Assembly (NCBI GenBank): GCA_965205855.1
Contig: OZ242184.1
Location: forward strand, 928,001-992,000
Length of the DNA: 64,000 nucleotides
DNA from: Thermodesulfobacteriota bacterium
Lineage (GTDB): Bacteria > Desulfobacterota_D > UBA1144 > Nemesobacterales > Mycalebacteriaceae
Direction of reading: 5' to 3'
Every line of letters starts with the position of its first letter. The stretch's first letter is position 1. Of the stretch, positions 1 through 10,462 are shown piece after piece. Under the pieces are notes generated by a model that searched no databases, was not told where the DNA came from, and saw only the letters and a list, made by a program, of their open reading frames with translations. A program made the position numbers and the translations under genes.

Positions 1-684
<684 letters not shown>

Positions 685-748
685 TTAATTGCCGTCCGTG
701 GCGCGACAGAGTGAAGTGGGAAAAGACGCACGCGGGGAATTGAGAAAA

Positions 749-1003
749 TCACTCTGCGGGAGAAACGACCGAGACGGTGTTTCTTTTTCCTTTGCGGAAT
801 TTCACAACTCCGTCTGCAAGAGCAAAAAGCGTCCAGTCCCGTCCGGTTCCGACATTGTCTCCGGCGTGAAAAGAAGACCCTCTCTGGCGGATGATGATGT
901 TTCCCGCTTTGACGACTTCTCCGCCGAATTTTTTAACGCCGAGCCGTTTGCCCGCCGAATCTCTTCCGTTTCTTGAACTGCCGCCGCCTTTTTTTGTGGA
1001 CAT
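749..1003 (-). CDS. rpmA: 50S ribosomal protein L27
   Basis: [13 protein letters not shown]...[10 protein letters not shown] signature; follows rplU. Confidence 0.98.
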   Translation of the reverse strand: MSTKKGGGSSRNGRDSAGKRLGVKKFGGEVVKAGNIIIRQRGSSFHAGDNVGTGRDWTLFALADGVVKFRKGKRNTVSVVSPAE

Positions 1004-1015
1004 TCTCTGTCTCTC

Positions 1016-1333
1016 CTACCCTTTTATACCGGTTATGCGAACCGATGTGTATCTCTGCCGGTGTCCGGCTTTAAGTCTGTATTTTTTGCGTCTTTTGAAT
1101 TTAAAAACGGTAATTTTAGGTCCTTTCTTCTGAGAGACGATTTCGCCTTTAACTTCCGCTCCGTCAACAACGGGAGTACCCACGCGCGCCTCACCCTCTC
1201 CGTCCGAAACCATAAGCACATCGGGAAATCCGATCGTGTCTCCGGGGCTACCCTCGATTTTTTCTATGTCAAGAACATCTCCGGATTTGACCAAGTACTG
1301 TCTGTTTCCTGTTCTTATTACTGCCTGCTGCAT
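1016..1333 (-). CDS. rplU: 50S ribosomal protein L21
   Basis: AVIRTGNRQYLV...KFKRRKKY...GHRQ signature; canonical rplU-rpmA pair. Confidence 0.98.
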   Translation of the reverse strand: MQQAVIRTGNRQYLVKSGDVLDIEKIEGSPGDTIGFPDVLMVSDGEGEARVGTPVVDGAEVKGEIVSQKKGPKITVFKFKRRKKYRLKAGHRQRYTSVRITGIKG

Positions 1334-1357
1334 AAAGATTGCTCCGCTCTTGGAAGG

Positions 1358-2116
1358 TCAATTATGCCACAAAAAGGGATGGAGTGTCAAACTATACGGC
1401 GACCGCCTGATAGTCGGGGAGTTCACCCATTGTTTTCCCTCAAGAGCGCGTCCCGTCTTCTTTTTGTTCACACCGCCCCATTGTTTGAAGAAAAACGGAA
1501 CCCCGCTTTCAACGCAGTTGTCCCTGATTTCCGTAACCCATTCCTCTTTCATCGGTCTTGCGCCGGGGCCGGACTCTCCACCGACAATGACCCAGTCTAT
1601 GCCTGACAAATTGAGGTTTGGAAACGGGGCAAGCAACGGTTCAAGAGAAAGAAACTTCACGCAAGCATCGGTCTGTTTTAAAACTTCTGTACGGGAAAGA
1701 TATTTCTCGGACTCTACGCTTGTTCCCATCCAGATGTTGGAAGTCCAGTGCAGGTGTTTGTTCGCCTTCACAACCCTTTCCGGTCTTTTTGTGAGAACCT
1801 GAAAAGTGTGTTGAGATGCTTCGTTCATAACTTCAAAAACGGACATAATGAATTTTGCGGGAACATCCTTGTGGAACAAATCGCTCATTGAATTGACAAA
1901 AACTATTTTCGGTTTTTTCCATTTAAGCGGGTCTTTCAAAGTGTGTTCATGAGTGGTGAGTTTGAAACCGTTTCTGTATTTCTCCATCCCTTGAGCGTGA
2001 AGCCGCTTTGCCATCCGCTCGGCGTAGCAGTATTTGCAACCGTGGCTGATTTTTGAACAACCGGTAATGGGGTTCCATGTTGTGTGAGTCCATCCTATTT
2101 TGGAGGGTTGGGTCAT
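1358..2116 (-). CDS. DUF5131 / phage Gp37-Gp68 family protein (radical-SAM-like Cys motif)
   Basis: [68 protein letters not shown] motifs. Confidence 0.9.
   Translation of the reverse strand: MTQPSKIGWTHTTWNPITGCSKISHGCKYCYAERMAKRLHAQGMEKYRNGFKLTTHEHTLKDPLKWKKPKIVFVNSMSDLFHKDVPAKFIMSVFEVMNEASQHTFQVLTKRPERVVKANKHLHWTSNIWMGTSVESEKYLSRTEVLKQTDACVKFLSLEPLLAPFPNLNLSGIDWVIVGGESGPGARPMKEEWVTEIRDNCVESGVPFFFKQWGGVNKKKTGRALEGKQWVNSPTIRRSPYSLTLHPFLWHN
1361..1390 (-). promoter_or_regulatory. Putative sigma70 promoter for rplU-rpmA
   Basis: Minus strand TTGACA (1390-1385), 18-bp spacer, CATAAT (1366-1361), 27 bp upstream of rplU. Confidence 0.55.
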
Positions 2117-4659
2117 TACTGTTTGTTGATAACACCGTTTATATCGTCCCGCCAGCTGTCTTCAAACATCATCCTGAAAGTAGCGGGCGTCTTATTGATG
2201 GCCATTTCGCCTCTGTCAAGGGCGATCCTGTATGTTTTTTCAAGCGTGTCGAGCAATTTTTTCTTGTAACTCGTATCTTCGCTGCCTTTCAGGTGGATGC
2301 CCTTTGTTTCCAGAATTAGCAGTTTTCCGTTATCTTTTCGGCAGGCCACAAAATCGGGATACACGCGCTGGCGTCGCCAGCCTTGCAGATAGTACGCTTG
2401 TCTTGCAGCTATTCTGTGCCACCAGTAGATGGCGTTGCTCTTATCCAGATAAAGCGCAAAATCCCGCTCCAGACCGTTAAAACTACTTTCATAAACAGGT
2501 TCAAAAAGGTTTTGCTGTATAGGTCTGCCATGTTCGCTCTGTAATGATCTTTCTTGACTGGAAACAAAAACCTCGAACGACTTGCTCAATTCGTAGTCCA
2601 GTCGCTGGTCGGTCTCAAGGTGAAACCGAATCACATTCCGCCCAACCTTTTCCCGAAACACCGCTTCGGCCTCGTCGTCTATGGCCTTGTTCACGCGGCG
2701 GCTCAATTCTTCGGAAAGGTAAATTCGGTTATTCAACAATTTGCTTTCATCGTGTTTCCTGTTTTTATGTGTTTGAATAAACCCCTCCGCCATGCGCGCC
2801 GCCTGCCACGGATTGGGCACCTTGTCCACAAGCCGCCGAACAAAATAATCCACGCTCAGCCGCTTTTCGCTGTCAGGGATTTGTTCCGAAGCCTTAACCT
2901 GCCCTTGAATGTCCACCGTGGTTTTGATCTCCTGAGTGATGTCTCTATCATCCAGATTCACCGCTGCGCCCGCGTCAATGGTGTCCCAATCAATCGCGCT
3001 TAATATATCGCGGTCGTAATCAATGGGGCGCCAGGTGCGCCCCGCTTTGTGTAACACCTGCGGGAGAAAAATTTTCAATGGCCGGTATTTACCACGACGT
3101 TTGACGGTGGTCGGTTTCGGTGCATCGCCCTCGCCATGCCCGTGAACAAAATCGCCAAGCCCGGTCAGCCCTTCATTCTCCAGGCCGGCCTTCACGCCTT
3201 TGATCGCCTTGCCTACGACCTGATTATAGCAATAGATATAACACTGGTTCAGCGCATCGCCTTGTGCGATTCTGCGTGCATGGGGTTGCCGCATCACCCG
3301 ACCGACCATTTGCGTGATGGCGGTGGTTGCGGTGGTGTTATCCAGCAAGGCAAGCAGATATGCAAACGAGCAATCCCAGCCTTCTTTCAGCGCGTCTTTG
3401 GTGATAATCCAGCGCACCTCGCTTGTCTCGCTCAACAAATCCTCACCCGCAAGTTCCTTGCGTTCCGATGATTGAATCCTGATGTGATTCTCCGGCACAG
3501 CAAGATTTTGTATCAGGTATTCGCGCGCATCCTCCGAATGAATTTTTCCTTGCCCTCTTTGTTTTGCGCCCGTTCTTTCCACCCTGACCAAAGCGATGGG
3601 TCGGATATGGCGGTTTTCCTGTTCCTGTAATTTTTGCGCCGCACTTTCAAGCTCATCCAGTTTTTCCTGTGTTTTGGCAAGCGTGTGTTCCCAGTCGGAA
3701 TTGCTGAAACTGTGAATCTCTATCGGCAGTTTGATCATCTCCTCGTCCTGGAGGTCGCGGCCCGATGTGTTGACCAGGATATTGCTGATGCCGATTTTCG
3801 GCGTGGCGGACAGTTCAAGCACAAAACGGGGGTTGAGCCGGTTGACGGATTTGACAAACTCCTGGTTGTTTTGATTATTCGGTCCATATGCTTTATGCGC
3901 TTCGTCCAAAATCACCGTGGGACGAATCAGTTTCAGCACATTGATCAGGCTTTGCTTAACCCAGTCGCCGGGTGCATTTTTCTCCAGGTCGGGATGGTGT
4001 TCCGAAAGCGTTGCATTGGCCGCCGCGTCATCCTGCTCGGGAAAAAACGACATATACCCGCTGCTGTCGCGGAATATTTTGAGAAACTCCCTGTTCTTTT
4101 GCCGGTTGGCGGAGGGTAGCATCAGCAGCATAATGCAAAGATAGTTTTCGGTATCCTGTCGGGTAAAGCGGTCGGTTTTTTGCAACAATTTGACCCTGCC
4201 GCCAGACATATGTTCGAGCATCTGCCGGTAGGTATGTTCGCGGGTGTGGAACGCCTGGCGGGTCTGCTCGTAGATCGCCCGGGTCGGCACAATCCACAAC
4301 ACAAAGCCGGTATCCCGCTTGATCCGCTCAAGCGTGGCCACGCCCAACAGCGTCTTGCCGCCGCCGGTCGGCACCTTCAGGCAAACATGCGGGATGGGTT
4401 CGCCGGATGCCGCAGTGCGGGAAATGTAGCCGGGAACTGCCATGTCACCGTCTTGGGAAATGCCGGGGAGGATATTTTGATCTTTCAGCGCCTTCCAAGC
4501 TAAGAGGGGATAGTTTTGCAGTTCTTCAGGAATATCAATCCCCGACTCTTCAAGAGCTTTGCCCGCCTTTTCACTAGTCAGCCGCGCTTCCTTGAGCGCG
4601 TCCAGCCAGCGGTCTAACTGTTCAAGAGCTTGTTGCTGATAGTTTTTCAGGGAGAGCAT
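2116..4659 (-). CDS. res: Type III restriction enzyme Res subunit (SF2 helicase-like ATPase plus PD-(D/E)xK nuclease)
   Basis: Start reassigned to MLSLKNYQ at 4659; Walker [35 protein letters not shown]-terminal YPDF...LETKG. Confidence 0.88.
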   Translation of the reverse strand: MLSLKNYQQQALEQLDRWLDALKEARLTSEKAGKALEESGIDIPEELQNYPLLAWKALKDQNILPGISQDGDMAVPGYISRTAASGEPIPHVCLKVPTGGGKTLLGVATLERIKRDTGFVLWIVPTRAIYEQTRQAFHTREHTYRQMLEHMSGGRVKLLQKTDRFTRQDTENYLCIMLLMLPSANRQKNREFLKIFRDSSGYMSFFPEQDDAAANATLSEHHPDLEKNAPGDWVKQSLINVLKLIRPTVILDEAHKAYGPNNQNNQEFVKSVNRLNPRFVLELSATPKIGISNILVNTSGRDLQDEEMIKLPIEIHSFSNSDWEHTLAKTQEKLDELESAAQKLQEQENRHIRPIALVRVERTGAKQRGQGKIHSEDAREYLIQNLAVPENHIRIQSSERKELAGEDLLSETSEVRWIITKDALKEGWDCSFAYLLALLDNTTATTAITQMVGRVMRQPHARRIAQGDALNQCYIYCYNQVVGKAIKGVKAGLENEGLTGLGDFVHGHGEGDAPKPTTVKRRGKYRPLKIFLPQVLHKAGRTWRPIDYDRDILSAIDWDTIDAGAAVNLDDRDITQEIKTTVDIQGQVKASEQIPDSEKRLSVDYFVRRLVDKVPNPWQAARMAEGFIQTHKNRKHDESKLLNNRIYLSEELSRRVNKAIDDEAEAVFREKVGRNVIRFHLETDQRLDYELSKSFEVFVSSQERSLQSEHGRPIQQNLFEPVYESSFNGLERDFALYLDKSNAIYWWHRIAARQAYYLQGWRRQRVYPDFVACRKDNGKLLILETKGIHLKGSEDTSYKKKLLDTLEKTYRIALDRGEMAINKTPATFRMMFEDSWRDDINGVINKQ

Positions 4660-4660
4660 A

Positions 4661-5218
4661 TCACGGATTTTTTGAGTCAGTACTGTCTGAATTATTTGGC
4701 AAATTGATGATTTCAACAGGCACATTCCTTTTACCAACTGCAAGACCGACAGCGTAGTTACGGATAATAGTTTGATCCATTTCCATATCCGCATAGCCTT
4801 GTGGATAGTACGAACCCCTTAGAATTTCCATCTGTTCTACCTTAAAATCTAGCACCTTGGCCATTGAGCTAAGCATCTCCGTGAGCAATTCCATTTGCTC
4901 CTTGCCGAGTCGTTCATAGTGCGAACGAGAATCATTTTCTTCGTTAGGCCTCTTAGCATGCGTTTCACCATAATGCTTGCGGAGTGCTGCCCATTTTTCT
5001 ATAACTTCTTTATGCTTAACAAATTCTATCTCAACCAGATTAATGGCTCCGACATAATCAGGTGATAAACGCGCATTTCGTGTACGCATTAACGTCTTGA
5101 ATATATCCATTTTTCGCGCCTTTTGTTCGCGCCATCTGTCAAGAAGACCGTTAACCCAGACAGCTGCGCAAGGACCGATTAAGATGGCTGCAATGGTGAT
5201 GATAGAATATGAATTCAT
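4661..5218 (-). CDS. Membrane-anchored hypothetical protein, DUF6680-like
   Basis: N-terminal hydrophobic helix IITIAAILIGPCAAVWV, then IFKTLMRTR...AINLVEIEF and YYPQG; AT-richer than its neighbours; family assignment by recognition only. Confidence 0.6.
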   Translation of the reverse strand: MNSYSIITIAAILIGPCAAVWVNGLLDRWREQKARKMDIFKTLMRTRNARLSPDYVGAINLVEIEFVKHKEVIEKWAALRKHYGETHAKRPNEENDSRSHYERLGKEQMELLTEMLSSMAKVLDFKVEQMEILRGSYYPQGYADMEMDQTIIRNYAVGLAVGKRNVPVEIINLPNNSDSTDSKNP

Positions 5219-5220
5219 GT

Positions 5221-6860
5221 TTATCTTATACCCTCATATGGTAATTGGGCAAAAGTTATCCCCATCTCGGTTAATGCTTTTTGTCCCATGAATTTGTGAG
5301 TGGCGAACACCACCGCGGTTTTCTTTTTTGCCTTGGCCTGTTTGGCGATGCGTTCGGCGCGGGTGCTGTTCAAAGCGGAATCCGCACTGCGCAGAAAATC
5401 AAGGTTCGGCTCGTAGATCAGGTAAAACATTTTGTCACCTGCTTCATAAAATAAACCGTCTTTGCCACGCCTTGTTTTCGGGTTGAGTTTATGCGGCGAT
5501 TGTCCGCTTGCGGTATAGATCAGATGGCGGGCAAAGGTTTCATAGCCCGGCAGGTTCCTGCCGGTGAGCATTTTTTCAATGCTGATTTCATCGCCCAGTG
5601 TGCAATAGGCAAAACTGCCGCCCAGTCCGTTTTTTAGGTTCTCATCCTTTGCTTTTGGTATGCCCTTTATCACACGGCGAACGCGCTCGGCGGTGATTTT
5701 GTCGGCGTAGTCTTCGCATTCCACCAAGATAAATTTGCGGTTGCCGCCGTCTTCCTTGTTCAGCGCAAGCACGGCGTGGGCAGTGGTGCCGGAACCGGCG
5801 AAGGAGTCGAGGATAATGGCGTTTTTTGTCGTTGCCAGTTGTAAAATCTTTTTCACAAGGGAAATTGGTTTGGGGTTTTGGAACTGATTAGAACCAAACA
5901 CCGTCCTCAACTCGATTGTGCCGTTGGTTGTTGTACCTACATCATCCCACCAAGTGCTAGGCGTTAACCCCCTTCGGCGTGCCTCTGACAAAAAACGTTT
6001 GCGCTGAGGTCTGGAACTATTTCTCTTTCCGAATACGATTCTATTGTCTGCAAGAAGCTCCTCAAATTTGTTCAAATCGTTTTTCCAGCAATTACCTTCA
6101 GTGGGGTAAAATATTTCTTTTGTTTTAGGGTTTCTTATCGGATACATCTGATTAGGTCGAACCCCACCAGCCTCAAATGGATCCGCCTTCCATGGGCCTC
6201 TCGGATCATTATCAGGATTTTTGAATCCTTCTAAAATGGCAGGAAGTTTGAAATCTTTTCTAATGGTTTTTAATACATTCAGTTGTTTAGCATAAGCTAT
6301 ATTATGAGTGTGTGATATTGATACTAATGCAGGATTTGTAATTGATTTTGTGCTATGCCACACAAAATCTGCAACAAAATTCTCCTCCCCAAAAATCTCA
6401 TCCATGACCATCCGCAGGCGGTGCTGTTCATTGTCGTCGATGGAAATAAAAATTACGCCATCTTCGGCCAGCAATTCTCTTAACAACTGCAATCTTGGCC
6501 ACATCATGCACAGCCATTTGTCGTGCCGCTCCAGGTCTTCGCCATCCACCGGACTTTTGCCTTTCAGCCACGCCTTCATCATCGGGCTGTTGACATTGTC
6601 GTTATAGACCCATTTCTCATTGCCGGTGTTGTAGGGCGGGTCGATGTAAATGCAGTTGACGCGGCTGGCATAGCGCGGCAGCAACGCCTTGAGCGCGTGC
6701 AGATTGTCGCCGTGGATAATCAGATTGTCATCAAGGGAAGGGTTACCCCCCCATTTTTCGCTGAAAGAGATTTTTTAGTGTCTATCTCAAGTGTCCTGGA
6801 CGGAACAGTCAGGTGGTGCGCATAAATGAGTTGCTTCCCTTTGAAATCAATTGTCGGCAT
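5221..6860 (-). pseudogene. mod: Type III R-M Mod subunit (N6-adenine MTase), out of frame at a G7 tract (possibly phase-variable)
   Basis: ATG at 6860 gives MPTIDFKGKQLIYAHHL..; the frame changes at C7 (6746-6752) into ..NLIIHGDNLHALKALLPRY..IYIDPPYNTG..LDSFAGSGTT. Span is 1640 nt, 1 short of a multiple of 3. Confidence 0.85.
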
Positions 6861-7017
6861 TGAAAACCCCGTAAATCAGTTTGATATTGGCTTTGAAGAT
6901 ACCCGATTTACTCCCCCAACCTAAACCCCTCAACCTCCCGATGCACCGCCCCTTCCCGTCTCAATTCACTCTCCATCAAACAAACTCTTTCAGAAGCAAA
7001 ACCAAGTTCAAACTGCG
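6854..7017. repeat. thpR-3'-end repeat copy A (164 bp)
   Basis: Identical by eye to 9675-9838 and homologous to the thpR 3' end and downstream bases starting at 10620. Confidence 0.95.
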
Positions 7018-7517
7018 CCCGCGGTGACATGGAGAACCGGATCAAGGATCAGCAGTTGGATTTGTTTGCGGATCGCACCTCTTGTCACCGCTGGTGGCCC
7101 AACCAGTGCCGGCAGTTGCTGTCAGGGTTGGCTTACACGTTGATTGAGGGATTGCGGCGCCTTGCACTACAGGGCACCGAACTGGCCAAAGCCAGTCCTC
7201 ACAGGATCAGGCTGACACTGCTTAAAATCGGTGCCGTGATCATCCGCAACACGCGCCGCATCCGCCTACTGATGAGCAGTGCTTATCCCCATCAGGCGTT
7301 GTTCCGCACGGCAGCCTATCGGCTCAACTCCCCATAAACCCAACCCAGTGCTGCCCCGGCATGTTGATAAACAATGGGGGTAGGGGGAGTTGCGCCCGAA
7401 ATCTGTGAACAACGAAAGAATTGATCAAAGAACAGGCAACTGCATCATATGATGCATCGACAGGGATGGCGCTACCGAAAAATCGACCACCACCGCTTCA
7501 CTCATGAAATATCCGGG
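7012..7517 (+). mobile_element. IS1380-family remnant (3' part of transposase plus right end)
   Basis: CARGDMENRIKDQQLDLFADRTS..RIRLTLLKIGAVIIRNTRRIRLLMSSAYP (ORF 7029-7337); ends in CTCATGAAATATCCGGG, resembling an IS1380 terminal repeat; 5' part missing. Confidence 0.85.
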
Positions 7518-7528
7518 ATAGTCTCGCT

Positions 7529-8668
7529 TTATTTTCGGATGAGAAACAGAAATTCTTTATTCGGATCGCTGGATTCCCGCAACCACTCATTTGTCCATTT
7601 CATGGCGGCCATCACATTTTTTTTATACTCAATTTTTGCGCTATCCACAATTTCTCCGTTACGCGTTATCACCTCGTTTAATTCCTCCGCGGTTGCTCGT
7701 CCACCGGAACTGTAAGAGAGCAAGATCCATCGGCAAGGAGTTTCCTTCAGCAAACGCTCTATGGCTTCCACCACAACCAATCGTCCTGATTTGCTTCTAC
7801 GAAATTCCTCGAACACTGAAGTCGCCACTTTATCGGATGTGTCTTTTCTGCGGAGGGACTTGCCAAATAGCACGGGATGATCATTTTTACATATGGTCGT
7901 CCACAAATGATAATATGAAGCGTACCGAACCCTTGAAGGTGGCATTTTTTCATTGTTTGACCCATACGGAGGATCAAAATAAGCAAGATCGGCGTCCGCT
8001 TCGGGAAGTACCTTAAAAACATCACCACACAGCACCGTGTTTTCGATTTCATTTTTCCACAACCGTGGCACTTTCAATTGTAAATTTTTGAATGAACGCG
8101 GCGACCAATCTTTTAAATAAGAAACAAAATGACCAAGAGTACTGTCTATCTCATTCAACCCTAAAATCAGGCTTGTCAATGCCACACTTTTGGAAACGTC
8201 ATCCAGCATCAAGGCATCGATCTCTCTCCTGATTGCATCAAGTTTTCTTGTATTTTTTTTCTGCCAAGGCTTTTTGGTTCCATCCTTCTGAATAGCATTA
8301 TGGCAAGTTCCAGAGCGAACATCACCACCGTAATTCTCAGTAAACCATCCGTCTTCCGGAGGAAGCGAATTTAAATGATCAATAAGAGGTTGGTATATTT
8401 TCGGGTTTTTTAAGTTTTTCAAATAGCACGTGGCAAAAATTCTTGACCATTCGGAAATATCATTTGATACCACGCGATATCCTGCTTGTGCAAAAGATTG
8501 ACTTACTCTGGTGGAGCCTGAAAAACCGTCAAAAATGCTTTTTGCTCCGGTCTGTTTTGACAGATTAAAAATATGTGGAAGCAGTTTCAGTTTTGAGCCT
8601 GCGTAATTGATGCCTTCGGTTTTTGGAACATCAATCCAATCACGAAAAATTTGAACTTGCCCTTGCAT
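7529..8668 (-). CDS. Adenine-specific DNA methyltransferase (D12-class / FokI-like), type II R-M
   Basis: INYAGSKLKLL, FDGFSGS (motif I), YFDPPYG (motif IV), ILLSYS. Confidence 0.9.
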   Translation of the reverse strand: MQGQVQIFRDWIDVPKTEGINYAGSKLKLLPHIFNLSKQTGAKSIFDGFSGSTRVSQSFAQAGYRVVSNDISEWSRIFATCYLKNLKNPKIYQPLIDHLNSLPPEDGWFTENYGGDVRSGTCHNAIQKDGTKKPWQKKNTRKLDAIRREIDALMLDDVSKSVALTSLILGLNEIDSTLGHFVSYLKDWSPRSFKNLQLKVPRLWKNEIENTVLCGDVFKVLPEADADLAYFDPPYGSNNEKMPPSRVRYASYYHLWTTICKNDHPVLFGKSLRRKDTSDKVATSVFEEFRRSKSGRLVVVEAIERLLKETPCRWILLSYSSGGRATAEELNEVITRNGEIVDSAKIEYKKNVMAAMKWTNEWLRESSDPNKEFLFLIRK

Positions 8669-9517
8669 TATGTAACTTTAAAGCGGGAAGCCTGCTTGAG
8701 TCTAACAATATCATCTTTCACTTTTGCAAGAGCCTCATTCTGGCCGAAATCAGAAGAAACAAGCGCGTGAGAAAATAGTTGGACCAAGATAGGATTGTGA
8801 GAATAATCAACCCATCCATTGGTTATGCTATCAAAATAGTTTAAACCACTTTTTGTATGAGTCCAAAGCCCTCGCTGGAGGGCATTGGCGGTTGCGCTTC
8901 CATAACGCACCTCGCAAATATAAGAATCGCTTGCATCGTAGAAACGATATACTGGGTGCTTTCTACCTTTCTTTTTTGTTTCTTTTACTATTTTCACCGT
9001 TTCAGTTTCAGCGCGGTGGTAATCGAAGACAAGAATATTACACTGTCGATTTTTTTCGTCATAAATTAATGGCAAAACATTTACATTGTAAAAATCCGAG
9101 AAAGCGGGGTCGGCAAGCACTCGTTGTACATTTTTCTTGCCCACTATTTCATCCCCCTCTTGTGCCAATCTCGGAAACATTTTGAAATTCTTGTCGGTTG
9201 AAAGTTGAAGGGGACCATCACCATACGCTTTGATGCTAACAGGAAATTCAGCTTCGGTTACTTCATTTATTATTTTGATGTCTTCTTCCCGAGATTTGGC
9301 TCTGTATAAATCTTTGCCAACATGGATCGAGCGAAAATCATACATACTACTGGTTGATAAATTCGGCTATGGCGATTTCTGCCAAATCTCCATGTGTTTT
9401 ATTTCCAATGAGGCGCATGGTGAAAATGTTGCTCAATGTCAAGATTATTAAATCCGGGCGTTTACTCGCAAGAAGCTTCAATCTCGAGATGAAATCTTTA
9501 TATGGATCATTTTTCAT
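8668..9517 (-). pseudogene. Putative type II restriction endonuclease split by a 1-bp insertion
   Basis: ORF 9347-9556 ends EFINQ*, and ORF 8668-9345 starts 1 nt later (CAG TAG T ATG). Removing one base gives continuous EFINQYMYDF. D..ISIK-like nuclease pattern; TAATG coupling to the MTase. Confidence 0.6.
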
Positions 9518-9674
9518 GTTTTTCGTTTGATGCCTCTGTTTTGGTATTTTTATCAACCTTCATTTTTCAGATCGTCGCATGAGCTTGGGTTGAGATGATT
9601 CGGTAGCGTCATCGAGAATTCATGTGTATCAATTGCTGTTCAAGTTTAACCCGTTTTGCCTGTAAATCACCCAA

Positions 9675-9904
9675 TCGGCATTGAAAACCCCGTAAATCAG
9701 TTTGATATTGGCTTTGAAGATACCCGATTTACTCCCCCAACCTAAACCCCTCAACCTCCCGATGCACCGCCCCTTCCCGTCTCAATTCACTCTCCATCAA
9801 ACAAACTCTTTCAGAAGCAAAACCAAGTTCAAACTGCGGCAATTCGGGTAGCTTCATCCTTTTTTTTATCCACCCTATCGTAACGTGCGACATAAAATCC
9901 CGTT
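9675..9904. repeat. thpR-3'-end repeat copy B (230 bp)
   Basis: First 164 bp identical to copy A; 9697-9904 aligns gap-free to 10620-10827 with 18 mismatches in 208 bp (hand count). Confidence 0.95.
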
Positions 9905-9958
9905 ATTGTAGGCTGCTGTTATGTGTAACGGAGTTTCATATGAAAATTCTCTGCTATG

Positions 9959-9992
9959 AGCAATTGTGGTCACTGGGATTCTCACAATTGCT
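9959..9992. repeat. 10-bp perfect inverted repeat (possible terminator for 10031-10441)
   Basis: AGCAATTGTG-14nt-CACAATTGCT. Confidence 0.45.
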
Positions 9993-10030
9993 GGTTGTGC
10001 GAGCCAGCCAGATTTGACAATGACTCAGTA

Positions 10031-10441
10031 TTAGTGCTCGCCCTCTTGATTAATTTGTTTCCACAAACTGCCGATAGCAAGTAGTGCTGGAATAATAAGT
10101 AGCACCACTACAATTGGCACACTTGATTTAATTACCTCTACATTTAATGCATATACGGTAATAACATCGGATATGTCCGTCAATAATCTGACAATTAATA
10201 TCGCTAAAAGTGCTTTATGAGACTTAAGGAATAAAGCAACTATTATCCCTATAACTACCATTACATTTCTTGTAATGTAAAGTTGTGTAACATAATTCAA
10301 TTCGGAAACCTCTGGTATGAAACCACTTGGGTTCATGGCCGTACCAGCTGAGAAGAAAAGCACTAAAGATATTTGTATTAGAACAATGACCCATACCCAA
10401 ATAGGTAAGAATCCATTGGTTTGACCATTTTTGTAATTCAT
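10031..10441 (-). CDS. AT-rich integral membrane protein (about 4 TM helices), unknown function
   Basis: 136-aa hydrophobic ORF with upstream AGAGG RBS; very low GC. Confidence 0.7.
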   Translation of the reverse strand: MNYKNGQTNGFLPIWVWVIVLIQISLVLFFSAGTAMNPSGFIPEVSELNYVTQLYITRNVMVVIGIIVALFLKSHKALLAILIVRLLTDISDVITVYALNVEVIKSSVPIVVVLLIIPALLAIGSLWKQINQEGEH

Positions 10442-10462
10442 ATTTGCAACCTCTTATTTTTA

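Noticed and set aside
4660-4794. 45-aa N-terminal extension of Res in the ORF track
   Set aside because: It overlaps the DUF6680-like gene; MLSLKNYQ at 4659 fits the family start and the operon spacing.
9905-9992. Complete integron attC site
   Set aside because: Only a GTTATGT core-like 7-mer is present; no matching inverse core, L boxes or intI could be identified.
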